Shown one piece after another: positions 1-64,000 of a stretch of 64,000 bases of DNA (the stretch's first letter is position 1; every line of letters begins with the position of its first letter). The DNA comes from Octopus vulgaris. Its lineage: Eukaryota. Made by a program: the position numbers and the translations under genes. A model generated the notes under the pieces. That model saw nothing but the letters and a program-made list of their open reading frames with translations. It was not told where the DNA came from and searched no databases. The stretch lies in contig OX597814.1 of NCBI GenBank assembly GCA_951406725.2, positions 87,730,001-87,794,000 on the forward strand. Direction: 5' to 3'.

Positions 1-172
1 AACTTATATAGTATTTGCATTTAAATATGATTCATCATTAAAATTCAAAATGGAAAGTTACAAGCAATCTGTGTTTGTGGGTGTTTGAAAGATAGCTGTG
101 AATGACAGGTGACCCGACAAAAGCATTTATGCATTTACAAAGAGAATTAGAGTTGCAAGTTTATTAATTTAC

Positions 173-59288
<59,116 letters not shown>

Positions 59289-60259
59289 CCTAGTAAAGAA
59301 ATAAAAAATACAGTTATAATCTTCCTGAAATAAAGTATTAAATTATCAAACATAATCTAAAAGCAAATGGAAAACCTATGGAGAAACAGGAGGTTTTACT
59401 TTAATTCTCTCATATAATTATAGGATCATTAGTAAGGCATAATTGACTTTAAACCTATGCCAAAAACTGATTTAACATTTTATTAATGATTAAAACAATA
59501 AAATCAAACAAGACAATTGTAAATATTACATATATTGTAATATAAATGTTCACAGCTTTATAATGTCATGTTCTCACAGTGATTGCAAAGCATACAAAGA
59601 AACACAAATCTATAATAAATTTATAAACTGGTTTTATTACTTTAATAACAAAACAATGATCATGAGAAAAAAAAAAGGTACGAATGTCCTATGAATAAAT
59701 TAGCTAGTTAAGACTTGATATCACAGTAGTATTGATGTTGATAATTGCTAAGGTTAAATTATTGGCCTAAATTTAGTTTATCAGAAGAAAATCTATGAAC
59801 ATCTGGTTATTTAAGTATGTATTAACCTATTTATGTGACTTTCCTTTTCCATTCCTCAAATTAAACAGACAAATGCTCACAATATTTTTAAAGATATGAC
59901 ACTCCTTTGGAACCACACTTCACTTAAATCAGTTCATAAGCAAAATGATAAAAAGTGGATGTCTTTAGTTTAATATTGAGAAGATTCTAACAGCTGTTTG
60001 CATCTTCTAAAAGCTAGGCATTTAGTGAGAAATATATATATATGTATTGCATGCAGCTCTCTAAAAGTCTTCTTAAAAAATATAAAAAAATTGTGCAATT
60101 ACACTAGATAGTGACACTTAACAATAGCAAAAAAATAAACATTATTCATTCTAAACAAAAGGTAAGAATGGTACAATTCATACCACAACAATATCTATGT
60201 TCAAAAGTCCAAAGATGTTACTATGGATCATCTTATTTATATATGTATATATAAATATA

Positions 60260-60335
<76 letters not shown>

Positions 60336-60354
60336 ATATGTATATATATATGTG

Positions 60355-62309
60355 TATCACAACTCCTACACAACAGCATCATCAATAATTACACCAAGGC
60401 TAGGCCACAGACCTATAACTAAATTAATAAAAAAGCTAGTGTTATTGCTGCTAGACTTAAATTAGATAAAAAAAAATAGAGGTCCTCCCCCAAAAAGAGG
60501 CCTTTATAACTATCAAAGACCATAAAAAGAACTTCCTATCCAATCCTAAATGTAGGCTTATTAATCCAGCAAAATCAGAACTTGGCATTATTAGTAAAGA
60601 AATTTGAAGAAAAATCAATGCAAAAATTAGGACCGACACTAGGCTAGTACAATGGACCAATAGTATAGAAGTCGTTGACTGATTTAAAGCCATTAAGAAT
60701 AAAGTGAGATTTACACAATTTGATATTGTTGATTTTTATGCCTCTATCTCTAAAGAACTGCTAGATAAAGCCCTCACTTTTGCAAGCGAATTCATAGAAA
60801 TCAGCACACAGGATAAGGACATAATCTTCCATGCTAGAAAGACTTTACTTTTCAGAGAGAACGCAGAGTGGATCAAGACTACCAATACAGAGGGTGCTTT
60901 TGATGTGAGCATGGGGGTCATATGATGGAGCAGGCATGTGTGATCTTATTGTATTATTCCTATTCCATACTTCAGGCAAGACCTTTCCTGACGTATACTT
61001 TGCCATCTACAAAGATGATGCCCTTGCCTTAATTGCAAATACCAATGGACCAGCATAGCATAGGATCGGTTTAGGAAGGATATTATCCATTTGATGAAAA
61101 CCCTTGGACTTGGTATAACTAGACACCAACTTGACGGTTGTCCATTTCCTAGATGTATCCTTAGATCTAACTAAGAACATTTATAAGCCTTATAGGAAGC
61201 CCAATGATAGACTTAGACTATATCAATGTAGGTTCCTGCCATACCCCTATAGTGTTTAAAAATTTAGTTAAAAACATTAGCAAGAGAATTTCTAGCCTCT
61301 CCTCTGATAAGAACATTTTTAATAGCATTGCCCCAATATATAATAAGGCTCTAAAAGGTAGTGGTTTTAGCGAGGAAATAACCTATATACCTGCTACCAG
61401 CCCAACAATAAAGAAGAGGAAGCATAGGAATAGGAAAGCCATCTGGTTCACACACCCCTACTCACCTGAGGTGGCCTTCAATATAGGCAAGTATTTCTTA
61501 GCACTGATAGATAGACATTTTCCAATCAACCATACTTACAGAAAGCTCTTCAATAGACACAACTTAAAAATCAGTTTCAGCTCAACTACCAATTTTAAAA
61601 ATATAATTGCACACAACACAAAAAACCACAATACAAAACCAGCTGTTCATGCAGGGATAAAAATTTGTGCCCACTAAATGGAGCTTGCATGTCCGAGACC
61701 ATCATTTATGAAGCCACCGTGGACTCTATACCCACTAAAGACACGGTTTTGACGAAGAAATATGTGGGCCTTACAGAGGGTAATTTCAAGGCCAGGTTCA
61801 ATAATCACACCTTGAGCTTTAGGCACTGGGATAAAAGGAAAACAACCCAATTATCCAGTCATATATGGTCATTAAAAGATAAAGGTGTCAGTTACAACAT
61901 CCATTGTTCAAGCCCTACACCAACGGCAGTGGAAAGTGTGTCTATGTGATATGGAAAGATGGCTCATCTGGAAAAGCAGCTAAGACCGCGCTATATGTCT
62001 GAATTCAAGAACTGAACTTTTCAGGTCATGCCCACATATGGCCAAATATTTGTTACGTTTCCTTGTATTGTATGTCCTGTACTCTATTTTTTGTTGTTTA
62101 AGAAAAATGTCCATTTCCTTGGCTTTGTGTTTATGTTTTCGTTTCTCATTGTGTTCGACGTATTTTGGTGTCCTATACCCATATATGCATGTATATATAC
62201 ATGTAGATGTAAGTACATACATATATGTATGTATATATGCATATGTTTTATTTATTAATTTGTTATTATATGACGGAACACACATCCATTTCTAAGTAAG
62301 TTTGTTCTT

Positions 62310-62310
<1 letters not shown>
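60355..62310 (+). mobile_element. Penelope-like retroelement (Naiad/Chlamys-type), 5'-truncated, decayed
   Basis: AFITIKDHKKNF..PKCRLINPAKSELG, FDIVDFYASI, FDVSMG, YKDD, CSC...CPLNGAC linker, GIY-YIG IIY...YVGLTE..FK.RF.NH, C-terminal LNSRTEL...CPH; bounded by (TA)n. Confidence 0.88.
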
Positions 62311-62371
<61 letters not shown>

Positions 62372-62435
62372 AATATATATAAGATTATATATGTGTGTAT
62401 ATATATATATGTATATATACATATATGTGTGTGTG

Positions 62436-62486
<51 letters not shown>

Positions 62487-63949
62487 ATGTGCATTTGCCA
62501 GATTTGTATTAGTTAATAAAATCTATAAAAAAAGTACAGTGAGCTCGCCAATGTATCATTCTTTTTAAGACGCTGAGTTGTGATTTGAGGAAGATTTGGT
62601 TGCACTTTCAAGTGGCTATGTAAAAGTTTCCTAGTCAGTTTCAATAATTTTTTCTTTTCATAACGTGAAAGATGGCTATAATTATTGTAAATTCAAAAAT
62701 ATACCAGATTTACTCATAGATGAAATTTACAGAAGCCTACTAACTAAAAAAAAAAAAAAACCCAAAAAACAAAGAAGGGATGATGACTGTAAGTTATCTG
62801 AATGCAGTAAATTATACAAAACTTGATAAACATTGAAGTTTATAAGAACTATACTGAAATACTCTGATATGTAAACAAATATAATAATGTTTATTACAAT
62901 TTACACTTTAAAATGTTAATTAGGCATGTATATATTATTAATAAAATAAAGCTTGTGTTACGTAGGAGTTATTTTGACAAGAGCACTAAAGTGAAGGACT
63001 TATATAGTAACTAGTGCAAGTCTTACATCATCTCCTGCTTTTGTAGTAGCTGAGTGATGCAGATAATGATTTATAAACACAGGGAGACTGAATGAAACAA
63101 ACCAGTGACTCAGTCTGTCATTCAACCAACTCCACCCACCAAGTCATACAGAATATGTTCCTTTCCAGTTACTGCAGATCTCCAGCTTTGATTCCTCATA
63201 ATCCACTGCTGTACAATAATAACAACATATGTTTAATGCATGCACAGTTTCGTGATGAGAATCTCTTTGTAATCAATATAAACAACAGTTCTGGAAACCT
63301 CTTCCCCAAGCTTCACATTTTAGAGATGGGGGTTATCATTAGTTAAGCCTACATTATTAAATAGATCTATATCAGAATTTTATCACTGCTTTATTTCCTT
63401 ATATTTTATTCTATTTAACTCAGCTCTCTTATCTTTATCACAGTGGTTAATAATGGTGATGACATATCAGTTGTCAGTGATAATACCTTCCTGCCTAATT
63501 TAATTACCTCAACAAAAAACTCCAGTATCTTTGCGTTTTTTTAAAAAAATTTTTTCTGAAAATGTCAATAAAATGCAAGCTGTCTCTCACACCCAACAAC
63601 CACTGGACACACCAAAGTGTCTTCTCTCAATTCAATATATTACATTAGTCTATGTACTTTTGAACGTACTAATACTATATTGCCTTCATTTAGTATTCTC
63701 TCTCCTCCTTCCTTCTAACCATTCATACCATGTATCAACACTGCCTGTCAATTTTTGTTTTTATTTCAAAGGACTAATAAATAATAGAGATAATACTCTA
63801 TTATTATAATTTTAATCAATCATACTGAACCTAATACTTATTTATAAGATTGGTACTTGTCAATCACTTTCTAGAACTGCAACAAAATTATGGGCACCAA
63901 TTCTTAGTGAAAAAAACTGAATGAAGACAAGATATATATATATATATAT

Positions 63950-64000
63950 TTCTCTCTTTCTCTTTTACTTGTTTCAGTCATTTAACTGCAGCCATGCTGG
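63950..64000 (-). mobile_element. SINE 3' tail (family of 50208-50650), runs off the window edge
   Basis: CTTTTACTTGTTTCAGTCATTT.ACTG..GCCATGCTGG is the reverse complement of 50610-50648. Confidence 0.75.

Noticed and set aside
60600-60685. In-frame TGA codons in the Naiad-type PLE as selenocysteine
   Set aside because: They fall at expected Leu/Trp positions in a copy with many other stops and frameshifts; conserved Cys codons are TGT/TGC and no SECIS is evident.

Overview
AT-rich, microsatellite-dense animal genomic DNA. The repeat landscape suggests an octopus or other coleoid cephalopod (inference). Almost the whole window is one intron-rich integrin beta subunit gene (beta1/betaPS-like) on the minus strand. 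I reconstructed 20 coding exons with GT-AG boundaries and consistent phases (59288 down to 173; 2104 nt, 701 codons). They cover the signal peptide, PSI, hybrid, betaI, I-EGF1-4 and beta-tail domains. The transmembrane and cytoplasmic exons lie beyond the left edge. The introns hold many transposable elements: a full-length decayed mariner, pogo/Tigger and maT relics, piggyBac-type MITEs, two Helitrons, several RTE LINEs, a young CR1-group LINE, an internally deleted L1/Tx1-like element, a Naiad-type Penelope-like element and tRNA-derived SINEs. I see no clear new host system. The best leads are inside the retroelements: (i) an AUG-less CR1 ORF2 overlapping ORF1 in the -1 frame with an in-phase U_UUU_UUA slippery site; (ii) a C4HC3 PHD finger embedded in the RT region of the RTE family; (iii) an ORF1-only HAL1-like Tx1 derivative; (iv) a hammerhead-ribozyme-like relic.
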